A stretch of 64,000 bases of DNA from assembly GCA_905178155.1 (NCBI GenBank), contig CAJINV010000008.1:930001-994000 (forward strand). Direction: 5' to 3'. Positions 13,001 through 25,500 of this stretch are shown here, one piece after another; position 1 is the first letter of the stretch, and each line of letters opens with the position of its first letter. Position numbers and translations under genes: made by a program. The notes under the pieces are model-generated. The model did no database searches, was not told where the DNA came from, and saw only the letters and a list, made by a program, of their open reading frames with translations. This stretch comes from Amoebophrya sp. A120 (Eukaryota > Protista > Dinoflagellata).

Positions 13001-16000
13001 AGTCCCAAGGAAGGTGTCAAACACAAACGATTGGAGGACTGCACCACGGTCATCCGATTCCTGGCGCTCAAAGGTTTTCTGCAGCGAGGCTACATGCGCC
13101 CCGAGAACCAAATTCTTGCGGAAGTTTCCGACGAGTTGGACGGCAAGACGGTGCTGGACGAAGTCGCTACATCAACGGATAACAACAGCGAAGACAGCAC
13201 GACGGTGATGTCAGCAGCAAGTACTTCTTCGTCGAGTTCTACTTCAAAATCGCATAGGTCCTCCACCTCGAACAAGAGGTCGAAGATGCGACGGCCGGTG
13301 TACTTTGCGCAGTTTGAGTCTGCGGTCGGACAGATGCGGGGCGTTCTGTCCGAGTTCCTGTGGTTCCTCGCCCGCGACTACATCATGGACAACGGACTGA
13401 CCATGAGCTACTGTGCACGCAAGGAGATGATCGTCACCTTCAAGACGGTGGCGCGCGCGTGGCGGGGCTGGTGGCCCAAGCGCAACGTGATCATGCCGAT
13501 CACGGGCACGCTCACGCACCTGATGCGCAACCCGAAGTCCGTGTACGCCCTGGATTTCGACATCGATGTCGGGTTGTGCCAGATGCGGCTGCCGCAGGAC
13601 AACGAGGGCGAGTTGCGATGGCGGGGGCAGCTGGCCAGCGCGCAGTTTTGCAAGATGCACCTGGCCAAGCTAGGCTACGTGTGCTACGAGCGCACGGGTT
13701 TCACGGAGGTTTCCAACCCGCACGGGGTTGGCGTCGGGGTGGACTTTTTCTTCTTGACTGCCGCGGTGGGCATCGGATTCCCGGGCGGAAACACAGATTT
13801 GGGAAAGTCGATTCTCTTTGGGGAGGAAGTGCATTGGCTCGAGCACCAGCGGGTAGAGCTTTACGCGGACTACGTGCCCGCAGTGAAAATCATGAACTGG
13901 ATTCATCCCTGGCATTGCGTGCAAGTTTGGGAGACGTATTATGCCCTTGTTTCCAACCCGAAGACGAAGACTACCCGCGCAGCGCCGGCCGCACTGCCGC
14001 TGCGCAGCCGCGAACTGGCCCACCCCTCGTGCTTACCCCAGTGCGGCGGGGAAAACGGCAACATTGGTTGCGAGTTTGACGACGACGGATGGCACACCGA
14101 GGACGAGTTTCCGCTGCAGCAATTCACGGTCGATGCGCAGCGAGAGTTCTATCCGAAGGAAACCACAACGGTGAGCGTGACACTGGATTTCGAGAGGCTG
14201 GACGACGGCAGACTGCTGCTGAAGCAACCCCCGCCGCAGAAGTCGGAACAGGAAAGCAAAATTGCCGATGAGTTGGTTAACTTTCTCGCGGCTGCCGAGC
14301 TGCCAATGGTGCCGAATTTACATGCACTTTTCACTGGATCATCTTCCCCTGCAGCACTAGCAAATAACACTACGAACAATACTACCTCGGGGGCACCAGA
14401 AAATCAGACCGATTCCTCGTTGGCACAAGTTATATCTTCTTCGCGCCGAGCCGTTGACTTTTCAGTTCTGCCACGGAAAGTGAAGTTTCCGACCTACGCG
14501 CACCACGAGGACAGCATGATTGACGCATACTTTCGGCCGGAGCTGGCGATGCATTTGCTTTCCGGTGCCGGGCCTGCTACTACCGCGGGGCCAAACAGCG
14601 AGGATGAGCAAATTGGCATGGAAACCGCTAGTGGTTCATCTTCTGGATCCCAGCAAAATACCGCGCGGCACTCTTCCTTCTGTGGACTTTTCTGCAGCAA
14701 AAAATCCCTCGACGAGGTTGCCTGCACGACTAGATCGGCAATTGCATCCCCCACCGCAATGTCGTCGGATCTATTGCATGCAGCAGACCACAGCAGCGCG
14801 CTCGTCTCTAACGCCGTGAATACGGCGCTCGAGTTGTGCAAGTCGCACGTAAACAGGCTGGAGGAACAGAAGAGTCTTGCTGCGAAAGACGAGCTACCAT
14901 CTTCCTCCAGCGGAACGATGAGCCAAGTCGAGAACGGTAAAGCGAAAATGAAGAAGTCCTGCGTGTACTCGCGGTACGCGAAATACAACCTTTCCCCCGA
15001 CCAGGCGCGGCTGAGTCCGACAGAAGTGAAGCCGTTCGAACCGTCGGCGTGGGAGCAGGACGAGGCCGCCGTGTCGCAGTTCCGGTGGTATTTCCTGCTC
15101 TCTCGACAGAGCAAGGCGTGGCTGAACGGACTGCCAACTCCGCTGCTGGAGCAGTGGTCGGTGGACTGCTGGCACGGGGGCATGTGGGTTTCGTTTGAGC
15201 GGTGCTGTGACATGGAGATCTCCCCGGATACGCCAGGCGCGTACCGGGGCACCAGCGAGGGCGTCGGTTTCAACGCCGCCTGCCACACGTTCTTTGGGAA
15301 CCACAACACCTACGAGCGCTGTTGCCTGGCCGAGTTCGTGCTGGTGGAGCGCAAATCGGTCCTCTACAACGGGTACTTGGAGCGGGTCAAGACCCTGTCT
15401 AACGACCGCCGCTACCTGACGCGACAGGAGTACCGGTGGTTCCACGACACGAAGGAAAACAAGCCGCCCGGCTTCTTCTCCGTGCCCGACGAACCGCGGC
15501 TGGCCGACCTGGTGTCCCCAAGTAGTAGTGCGTCTGCAGCGGAGGTGAAGATTTCATCTCCTGGAGCGCGACAAGGAGAACGCCATCTTCAACCAGAGTT
15601 GCTGATGCCTTATCAGGAGGGCTACGGGATGATGAAAAAAGAGGATCGTAGCACTCTTGCGACTTCTGAGGCCGATCATTTCACCACGACGGCACAGATG
15701 ATTTCGGATGAATTGGCTGCTGAACAGGAAGCGAGACTAGCGGTCGTTCGATCCGCGCAAGAAGAATCAGGGAATTCCCCGGATGGGAACAATCACACCA
15801 ACGCTGAGGTCCTCGCCAGGCCGGAGGCGTTTGCAAACAGTACGGTGTTGCTGAAGAGTCTCGTCCTGGGGCGCACGTCGCACCAGGAACGCCCGTGGCA
15901 GACCAGGTGGTTGCAGGTGGACATGGACCCGTCGCACCAGAAGCGAAAGTCTGACCATAGCCGCAAGCTCGCGACCAACTACGATCGGTGGATCGAGACC

Positions 16001-19000
16001 CCGTTTCCCAACTTCTTCGGCGTTCGTGAGGGTACCATGTTCATCCGCGAACATAACATGACCAAGCGCCTGCAATTGTTGCAGCACACGCTGCAGAGCC
16101 TCGAATTTCAGTGGCAGCAGTGGGGCGCGGATCCGCGGACGAAGCACTTGATCGACGCGTCGGGGATGCTGAAAAGCGCCAACCGCAAGGCATTCTTCCA
16201 GCGAACCACCGTTGCGAAAACCGGTGGCCCCAGTCTGGAAAACCCAAACCTGGACAGCGCGGCGGCAGTGGTGAGCACGCACCACGCGAACGTGGAAGAG
16301 AACAAAAGTCGCAGTAAAACAGCAAATCACCCGGAGGTGGAAGTACTAGGTGTAGGTGGTGAACAACATCAAGACGCACCCTCAGGCAAGAAAAGTGACA
16401 ACATCATCAACAAAAGCAGTGCCTCTAAGACGCCGAGCAGTCCTGCTGTTCCGAACCAGAGTTTCGCCTCCAAATCGGTTCATTCGCGCGCGGAGGAGGA
16501 GCTGAACATCAATTCGCTGCAGATGCTGCTGGACCGGGGTCAGTACACGGTCGACAAGAAGAAGCAGGTCGGCGGCTGCATGAACCGGTTCGGGCGCCCG
16601 GTGTGCTGCGACGAGATCGAGCCGGAGGTGGAGGAGACGGCGTCGTGTCTGAACGCGGACTTCCGGCAGGAGGCCCGGGTCGCCATCGTGACGGGGGTGT
16701 TCGGCCCCGGTGACAAGGACGAATTTACCGTGGGCGCGATCAAAATGGGGAAGTCTTTGAACGTGGTGCTGGACCAGGAGGACAAAAGCAAGCCCAAGCG
16801 CGCGGACCTGGTCATCCTGGAGATCAACCAGTTCCCGATCGCGGAGCCGTACCGGGTGCGACTACAGCAGGCCGGGTGGAAGATCTGCACGGTGACCTGT
16901 GTCAAGAATCGAAGTTTCATCCACCAGCCGGCGCTGCGGCACCGGTTCACCTTCACCAAACTGAAGCTGCTGTCCTTCGTCACCTACGAAAAAGCGATGT
17001 GGATGGACTCCGACGTGCAGATCATCGGCAACATCGACGAGTTGATCGACTTCGATTTTCACCAGGAAAATCGCGACTGCCGCATGGCGGCGGTGCGAGA
17101 CCTGATGATCGACTCGCAGAACGCGAAGCAGCCCGGCATCGAGAACCGGCACAACTTCAACGCGGGACTGATGATCGTGGAGCCCTCGTGGCAGCAGTAC
17201 TTCAGCATGATGAAGTTGCTCGGCCCGCAGCACGGCTCGAGCCATCCGCAACTCCGCAAAATGTGGTGGGACGTCGAAAGAAGGCAAAAGATGTACTCTC
17301 ACTACGTCAAGACACAGATGAGTTCAGCGCCACCACTGCACACCAATGTCTCGGTCGGAATAGATTATACCGTCTCCGCACGACAGACTATCATAGCTAC
17401 CTCAGCCTCGTTCAGCAGCGCTGCACTGGCGGAGGTGGAAAAGTTGCAGCAGACCGACAGCATTGACACGAGCAAAACTTCTGCTGCGCTGGGACAAGAA
17501 AAGTCCAGCACGACTACAGGCGGATTTGTGGTGACAGAAATAAATGCTACAAACAGTACAAATGATGCAAATAAAGGATCGTCCGCGGCCACGAGCCTGT
17601 CTCTGGAGGACTACGAGCGCTTCGTGCTCGTGACGGATCCGAGCAGAGAACTAGTTGCGGACACGGGGACTGCGGTTTTTCTTCCGCAAGACCCGCCAAA
17701 CACACTGACTGCGCGACCGGTGCAAGGTTCCCTTTACAATCCGGTGACAAATCGCCGGGATCCGGTTTTTCACAACGCAGCAATCTTCATCACGCACCCA
17801 TCGATGAGCGAAAACGGGGCGCTGGAAATGGAGGAAGCAGTCAAGTACCTACCAGATCCAACTTACGCTGGAAAAACCGCTTGAGTCAACTACAACTGTA
17901 AGTGCAAACTTGTTGTCATGTCGGTGGGAAAGGATAAGGAAAGCATGCATGCTCTATTATCTTGTGTGTACCTCGCAGCTTCTTGTCGCTGTTGCTGTCG
18001 CTTCCCATGCACTAGAAGAGAAATGCAAGGTACTCGACAACAGCTAGCAATCAGTATTCAGATGCACCCTTTTGATATCCGGTGGTGGTCATAGATTTAC
18101 GCCTGTCCAGAGTTCTTTAAATCATCTTCAGAATGTGCATATCAGCTTGCTTGACATTGACTCGGGATTTTCCGCTCATGCGACCTTCAGCGAACAGGGT
18201 TTCTGGAACGACAATTATCGACACTCCTGGTGCCGCTTGCCCTGCAAGTACAACGCGATCTTGCCCTACGTGCTGGTCCCCCGCCTGCGCTTCATCTGGG
18301 AGCGTTGCAGTCGCGACGCCCGCATCGTGCACTGGGCTTTGTTCAAACCGCACTTTTGTCCAAAGCTGGAGCCTCGCTTCGTCAGCCTGGATGGCGAAAA
18401 GGACCACGATGCAAGGCGGATTGTGTCCACTGCAGGTGGTGCTAGAAGTCATGCAGGCGCACCAGAACAAGAAGTGGTTCTTGGCACCACAGACGACAAA
18501 ACCTTCCGCCCGGATGGACAGCAACCGGGGGCGGCCGCGATTGCGACCGGGCGAGTAGTTCAAAATGAGCAAGACGCAGAGGATATGTTGCTCCGACAGG
18601 CGGCCGCGCAACAAGATGAGGGCCAGCAGGCAGAGCAGTCTGCTTCCTCGCTCCGAAAAAATCCCGCCGGCTTTTTCTCGCACGAGGGCGATCAGAACGT
18701 CAATCACCTCCTGGGGCAGAATAGCCATTTCATCTCCCCGACCGTAGAGAACGAACGCTTCTACTTCCAAGAACAACAAGAAGAGAGTGGAACAAGTGCG
18801 GGAGACACGAGTGCGGTGCCACTTTCTGTGCATGCTGCAACCAATTACACGATGAAAAACGGCGCCACAGCGGCAATAGTCACTACGCGGAGGTCTCCTT
18901 ATTTTCCGTCCAAGCAGGTCGAGATTTTGCCGAAGCGCTTTCCGCGTTGTGGCTTCTATGACTACGACCCCGAGTTCAGCTTGCGGGGGTACCTGTGGAA

Positions 19001-19070
19001 TCTCGGAAATTCCGGCATCGAGGCACGACTAGTGCTTCGTCTGTTCTGCTTCTACTACCACATTGTGTAG
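7079..19070 (+). CDS. Giant (~3,700 aa) secretory-pathway protein with a LicD/fukutin-like nucleotidyltransferase motif and a C-terminal GT8 (glycogenin-like) glycosyltransferase; exons ~7079-7306, 7624-7670, 7938-17862 (spans the N gap), ~18146-19070
   Basis: Hydrophobic N-terminus. LicD-like ITGTLTHLMRN...DFDIDVG at ~13490-13575. GT8 motifs FTKLKLLSFVTYEKAMWMDSD and FNAGLMIVEPS, with EQGFWN...LPCKYNA...IVHWA.FKP in the last exon. In-frame joins after removing two introners. Continuity across the gap is assumed. Confidence 0.7.
7308..7619. mobile_element. Introner family A, TSD CGGAC
   Basis: TATCAAAAGGAAAAATCCCCCCTCCCCATA ... TATGGGGTGGGGGGATTTTTCACTTTGATA. CGGAC at 7303-7307 and 7620-7624. 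Join EKWRPG|HPIIW is in frame. Confidence 0.93.
7672..7933. mobile_element. Introner family B, TSD TGGAG
   Basis: TIR TATCAAATGTAAAAATGTCTGGGTCTGGAAGAATGC and its exact reverse complement. TGGAG at 7667-7671 and 7934-7938. Join RRLE|ESDAY is in frame. Confidence 0.95.
9882..9981. other. Assembly gap (100 N placeholder)
   Basis: Run of exactly 100 N inside the giant ORF; the reading frame changes across it. Confidence 0.99.
17863..18145 (+). other. Probable decayed TA-type non-canonical intron
   Basis: TACGC...GCATA ends; joins LPDPT|LLDIDSGF in frame and links the two GT8 halves. The exact 5' boundary is uncertain. Confidence 0.5.
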
Positions 19071-19842
19071 AAGTGGTTCTCGCCGAGGTCGTTCGCTGCC
19101 TGTGGTACATGAGAAAGCGTACAACCTGCGGCCTCTGCACCAAAGTCATTTTTGACCGCGTGCTTTGATGATTCACAAAGAACAGAGATAAAGAACACAC
19201 AAGAGTAAAACGCAAATTTGGTTTTAGTGTCTCGTCTATGACTATGCTTGATGTTTAACGAGTTTCTATCAGATTCAGTAGCGGCTAGTGTAAGTTTGTC
19301 ATTTATCGTATCATGCAGCAAAGCATTGGCATCCATCATGCTTTCTTGAGATTACAGCTTTACGATTGAGCATACAGCAGACGCAGAGCAAATTGATAGT
19401 TTTGCTATCAGGCGACTTCGATGCAATGAGCGAAAGCGGAAATTTACATCGGTTGTCCTTTCCGCAGAACAAGCGGAAAGTGCATTTACTACAGACATAG
19501 AACGAAGCTCATTCGCTGCTAGTGGCAGTGATGTGGGTAACACAATGAATGGCGCGCCGTCGCTACTAGAAGAAGATCCGATAGAAGTTTCAGTGTTTCA
19601 TGATCGTTTTATGAATGTAAAAACGAAAATCTCGACCTTGCGAAGCTGAATCTTTTTCCGTGCCTTTTCGCACCAGCTTTTCTTTTCCTTCTCTCCTTTT
19701 GCGTTTTGCATCTTGCGATGTCGAGACAGTTTGTTTGTTTATCGCAAACTACTTAGTAGTACTTAGCTGGCTCGATCTGCTGCTCGTACTTGGTACAATT
19801 ACTGTGTACTTAGATTTTTTTTGCCATGTTTTTCATCACAAA

Positions 19843-21333
19843 ATGCGATTGCCGAATGGGCAAGTTTCAAAAACTTCCATTTTGCATTATGGACGTCCCC
19901 TGATTGAGATTTTTCTTTGTGAAGTAAAAGGAAAAGCAGCTCCATCACCTTCAAGCAGAGTGCTCAAAAAGGGGAGGAATCCATCAAAGTCCGAACAGGA
20001 CACCGCGAGGACACGACAAACCTCGAGCTCATTTGCTGGCCGACAGCAAATCATTACAGCGTCACTTTTCTTGGAGCCGGGGGCGGGCCATTTTCGACGG
20101 ACTGTTCTCACACCGTGTGGGTCGGGCCGGCAGATGTGCTGCGAGCCGGGCCTAACGCTAACACGCGGGTTCAGCAGCTCGACGAGTTCGAGTTCTTCGT
20201 CATCTGCACCATCCCCTGCGCGGACGCCGAACGGTGGTACAGATGGAGGAACCTCCAGCACCGTAGGTTCTCTCGCAGATCCGAGCGAGCTGAAGCGCAA
20301 ACTGCTTGCGAAGGCTAAAAAGTACACGATTTCAACAAGTAGTGTGGATTCATTATCCACCAGTGCAGCATCAGTAGCGCGTGAAGAAGATGCAGAAATA
20401 GACAAGAAGGCGGGCAAAAAGAAACAGAAAAATAAGAAGGCGAAGAAGAGCAAGGCCAAGCAAGAAAGTTCGCAGGCGTCGGCAACATCTTTGAAGGTAG
20501 AAAATCACAAGGCAGCATTTGAAGTCAGAAGCTCATCATGTCTTCATTCAGAGACGACGGCGAGAGCATCGCTTCCGGCGGCCGGCGACAGCGACGCGAC
20601 TACGAGTACGTCGAAAGAGACAGTAAATAAGCACGAAAAAAAGAAATCGAGCTTGAGCCAAGGAGAGGACAAGAATGCAGCAATGAAGCGGACTGACAAC
20701 CAGCGCGAGCCTGACAACGCCCCGATTAGAAGTACCGGAGGGAAAAAGAAAGCTAAAAAGAGAAAAAGCTCGTCTGCAACTTCCGGGTCGACTGAGAAGA
20801 TAGGGGTCGCGGATTCGGGGACGAGGACGACAGTGCCTTCTGTTGCAGGGATAATCACGACGAAAATGCCCACGACCACAAGTGGGCACGTACAGGCCAC
20901 TGCCAATGTGTGCCGCGCTCCGTTAGTGCACAATACCGCACTTGTTGGGGCGGGAACTTCTGCAGCGTCAACAACAGCAGCAGCACCGATCTGCAAAAGT
21001 GTGAATACAGCTTCAAATAAACCCGTCCTCGCGCACGCGGCCATGCAGCAGCCAAAAGGCATCGGCCACCGAGTGTCCTCCACTAAGTCCTCCACTAAGA
21101 GCACCCGTGCCAAGCAGAGGAAACAGGTGAGAGCGAACGTGGGCACCCTTTCCCTGGTGGACTGGACCTGGAACGGCAGCGTATACCACAAGAAAGACGA
21201 CGCGAGCGTGCAAGTCCTTCAGAAGCCCATGTTTGGCTGGGTAGCGATTGTCGACCCCGCCAGCAATCGGGAGTACTACTGGTGCCCGCGAGACGGCAAG
21301 GTGCAGTGGGACGTTCCGACCTTTTTGTCCTGA
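19843..21333 (+). CDS. Low-complexity Ser/Thr/Lys-rich protein with a C-terminal WW domain
   Basis: GWVAIVDPASNREYYWCPRDGKVQWDVP matches the WW pattern; basic NLS-like runs. The start could be 19843 or 20134. Confidence 0.7.
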   Translation: MRLPNGQVSKTSILHYGRPLIEIFLCEVKGKAAPSPSSRVLKKGRNPSKSEQDTARTRQTSSSFAGRQQIITASLFLEPGAGHFRRTVLTPCGSGRQMCCEPGLTLTRGFSSSTSSSSSSSAPSPARTPNGGTDGGTSSTVGSLADPSELKRKLLAKAKKYTISTSSVDSLSTSAASVAREEDAEIDKKAGKKKQKNKKAKKSKAKQESSQASATSLKVENHKAAFEVRSSSCLHSETTARASLPAAGDSDATTSTSKETVNKHEKKKSSLSQGEDKNAAMKRTDNQREPDNAPIRSTGGKKKAKKRKSSSATSGSTEKIGVADSGTRTTVPSVAGIITTKMPTTTSGHVQATANVCRAPLVHNTALVGAGTSAASTTAAAPICKSVNTASNKPVLAHAAMQQPKGIGHRVSSTKSSTKSTRAKQRKQVRANVGTLSLVDWTWNGSVYHKKDDASVQVLQKPMFGWVAIVDPASNREYYWCPRDGKVQWDVPTFLS

Positions 21334-22549
21334 TAATGGAATTCGAGAAAATAAAGAATCACAGCTACAGAAGCAAAACTGAATAAAGAACAACCTTAAA
21401 GCGGCCATATGAACATTTTGCTGATGGACCAACTGAGCTGAGCCTTGTCTTGTTGATGTTGTGCGTATGCACTGTATCTCGCATCGTAGTTTAGGACGAT
21501 TAGGTGGTTGCCAATCCCATGCTGAACTGCTTCGCACAAGTTCAACGGGCTGCTGAGTCCTTATTCGTTTTTATGCGGCATTAGTTGTAGATGTAGTTGT
21601 ACGCTCGACCTTCGTCCTCGAACCCCGATGGAGATGAATCATTTTAGTACTTGCAAAGAGCGTGTTGAGTTTGAAGAGGAGTCATGAGAGATCGAGAGCG
21701 GAGCTGGACCGACACTAGTAACAAACTGCGTTCGAATCGTTTGAGAGATGAGGGGCTTGTGAGAGGACGTGAAGATGACGGCATCAGAAATCGAAAGTGA
21801 TTCTTATTGTTTTCATACGCCGAGGCCGAGAGAGTTCCTTTGACGCGAGAACAATCTTTTCGCGTTTCTTGTTCGTAATTCTTCGTTTCGTCCGGCAACA
21901 TACATCTAAAATTTGTCACCACAAGAACTGCTCTTCGTCTATTGCAGTGCTCTGGCTTAGTTTCCCGGTATCGAAAGATGAACACGTCGAAAGATAAAGG
22001 TAGGGATACCACGCAGCACTGTTAATCCCTTAGACTTGAATAAACGCCCTTGTTGAGTTTACATTTGTGTACTTGCACGCTCTCCGAACTGTCATTTTTT
22101 TGCAAGTTGTTGGAAAGAATTCAGTTTTAGATTAGCCCTATTGATCCCTTTGTCGTGAATGTGACCTATGAGTGTGCCGAAGCGGTGGAAAACGGAATTT
22201 ATCTTGACGTTGACGGATTTTCGCATTTAAGGCGCATTGGCACCCACCGACTTCTACCGATTCCCCCCCTCGGGTTTTTTAGAAATAATGTCAGCTGATA
22301 AGGCTGATGCACCATTTCCATATTCGCGATTGCGGCTCCACGGGATGCTGCTGCGGATTTCGCCGATGCAGTATTTTGATCACCAGGATGACCGTTGTCG
22401 AACGAAAGGCTCGTGTTCTTCAGCTTGCATTTCTTGGTGATATCGTGCTAGAAGAAACCGTCGCGCGCAGAGCCAGAGGCGGAAGCACCACGCACCAAAG
22501 CGTGTGCAGAAAATCTTCATCGGACCTCCACCAGCCAGAGTGAGGCGTG

Positions 22550-25500
22550 ATGTTTTTTGGAGGTGGAAACAGGGACAATGTCCCGGTGCCGGCCGGGAGC
22601 AAGCCGAAGGAGCCGCCACCTAGCGTTCGGGACCGGATACGGGGCGGCATGCAGCGGCTTAAGGGGGTTTTCGCCGTGCGGGCGCACGTGCAGACCCTGC
22701 GGGAAAACTACAAGCAGTACCGCATCCGGCAGGAGAAGCTGCGGCGCAAGGAGGAGAAGCGACTCGAGCGCGAGGGCCCGCTGACGTGGCAGCAGTACGG
22801 GGAAAATTGGCTTGCGTGGACGAAGAAAAAGCTGGGCATTAAGGAGTACGTGAACGCCTCCTCGCTGATGAGCAAGCTGGATAAGGCGACGAAGAAGCGC
22901 GACAAGCTCCGCGGGCTGGTTGTGGAAGAGGACTCGAGCAGCTCGGAGGAGAGCCAGGATTCGGCCCCGACGCCCACGACCTACCGGCAGGCCAAGCAGG
23001 AAAAGGCGAAGCGCAAAAAGGGGCTGCAGGAGCGCGTGGTGGACCTGACCACGAAAAAGCGGAAACCCAAATTCTGGGAGGCCGACTACCCCATCTTCAA
23101 CTACCAGCAGCTGGACCTCACGAAGGAGATCTGGTGGATCCGCATGTTCGACCGGATTGGGCCCAAAACCCTGTACCTGCTCAACACCGCCTACTGGCGC
23201 TTGGGAGACTTTTTCTATGCGCTCACCTGGAACCGGCAGAACAAGTTCCAGGACCGCCGCCTCTACATTCTGGCCTTGCAGTTTTGCTGCAGTATCCAGG
23301 TCAGCGCCGCAATCCTCAACACACTCAACGTCTACTTCGACATGCGCAACTTTTTCCTTCTCACCACTTTCGCCAACGTGCTACCCTTCATCTTCGCCTT
23401 CTACTCCCTCATGGTACTAGAGTAGAAATGCTGAAGATATTTCTTGCAGACAAGTCGACTCAATTTCAGTTCAATTTCCACAAGCGCGCTCGAGCGTGCT
23501 GCTTTCCTGAGTTTTGAAATTAATACTTTGCGTCGACGGGCAGAAGTTGCAATTTGTTTCTTTCTTCAGAGACGAGACACTGACACACAGACGCGATTTT
23601 TACACACAAAACTTCCATGCCAGGTGTTTCTACCCTGTCCTACGATGGCGGCACTGGTGTGCAACGCGACGATGACCGTGATGCTGCTGATTTTCACCTT
23701 CATTGCGTCCGGGACAAGCGGAAACATTTTCGGCACTTTTATCCAGGCGATGGCGTTCTGGCCGTTTTTGGCGGCCATGTCCATGCTCGCGCGGATTTTC
23801 GTGGGGCAGCCGGACCGGCAGTTCCACCCGCTGAAGCACATCCCCCTGATGGCGCTCTTCGGCGCCGCCGCGCAGTACTTTTTGATTTTGGCGAACAAGG
23901 AACTGGAGCTCACGGATTTCTTGGTCTTCCTGGCGAGCATCGATCCCTGGATGAGCTCCGTGCTGACCCCGATCATGGAGCGCACGCGGCTGCCCATCTA
24001 TTTCGGCCTGCTCAAAACCCTCCTCTTCCTGTCGGGTATCGTGGCGCTGTACTGGAGCCAGCTGCCGTACTCCCCGATAACGGGGTTCACGTACCTTTTC
24101 CTCTCTCGTGCGGTCTACTTCTCGCGGTCGCTGTTTGTGAAGCGGTACAACATGGTGTTTTTTGAGGCGGAGGCGGTGGACCCCCCAGCCGCGACGGAGA
24201 AGGACCTGTTCTTCTTCCCGAAACAGAAGCTATCAAATGCAAAAATGTCTGGGTCTGGAAATTTGTGATGCATGTCAGTGAAAAGAGAGCATACTGTAAT
24301 GCGCCGCCAGGCATGACAAATTTATCCTTGGCTCCCTGTTGCGTATTCCGCATGACAAACAGCGTTTTTTACATGGGTTTCACTGTCCACGGGTGGTGTT
24401 GCGGGTTAGCCTGGCGAAAGCCAAAAACCGGCAGAAAATGGGGCCACGGAAGCGCTCTTGCTGGACATTGCCAACATTTGCCCACGCAGAGCCGTCCTCT
24501 TGCCGGACACAGCCAACATCTGTCCGAAACAGCCTAGGGCCAAGACGACACCGTGAGGACGACCACAGGGGGTCCGTCTCAATGATGATGATGATGATGA
24601 CAGATAAGAGGAGCTCTTGCTGGTCACGCAATACAGAGCTCCGCGTCATGCCCGACTAGCATGACAAATGCAAATTCCGCATCCTTCCAGACCCAGACAT
24701 TTTTACATTTGATAGAAGCCGCACAAGTACATTTTCGACGACAAGCCCTACCCGCTCCCCACCCTGCTGCGCCTAGACGTGGCCTTCCAGAGCGGCCTCT
24801 GCGACGACACCTACCACAGCATCGGCACTGCCGGGACGCGCGACCTTTACATGCTCACCGACTGGATGTTCGGCCTACCGCTCATGGCCATCGCAACCGT
24901 CATCCACGAGTCCGGCACGGTGTTCTACGGGTACACTTTCGTTATCTGCCGTACCTAGTGCTAATAAATGCGAATGGCAAGTAGAAGAAGAACGATAGGA
25001 CCATCGGATCCGGATGTAGAAGTAGAGGTAGTGCCTCCTATACATGCACGACCGAGGGGTTTTTGGGCTTCTTCACTTGCATTTCTAGATTTCTTTGGCA
25101 GTTGTTCTTGAGCTGATTCATTTGGAAAACGAACAAAAAATGACAAAATAAAGGTTTTTTCCACCAATATTGGGCCCAGTGGGTGGGACGCCGATGGGCG
25201 TGGAGCCCTCGGAGATGACGACCCCGATAAAAGACGACAGCACCTACCACGTCATGAAGTGCCTGGTACTGGTAATAATGTACCACATCTGCAAGTTGTT
25301 CGAGCCGGACATGATATCCAAAACTCTGTTCGACCGCGGCAGCAGTCCCAACGACTGGGGCGTGCGTCCCATCGTGTTTTCGTCCCCGCTGGTGCTGTTG
25401 GACCAGCTTTTCCTGAACTCCTCTCTATCCAACAGCCAGATCCTGCAGGCCTTCACCGTCTTCTTCGGCTACAACATGTACCGCAAGGCGCTCTTTCGAA

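Noticed and set aside
17882-17890. Possible stop-codon recoding (in-frame TGA before an alternative TCAAC|TAC intron start)
   Set aside because: An intron starting at 17863 removes the TGA. Other genes use TGA, TAA and TAG as ordinary stops, and long exons lack internal stops.
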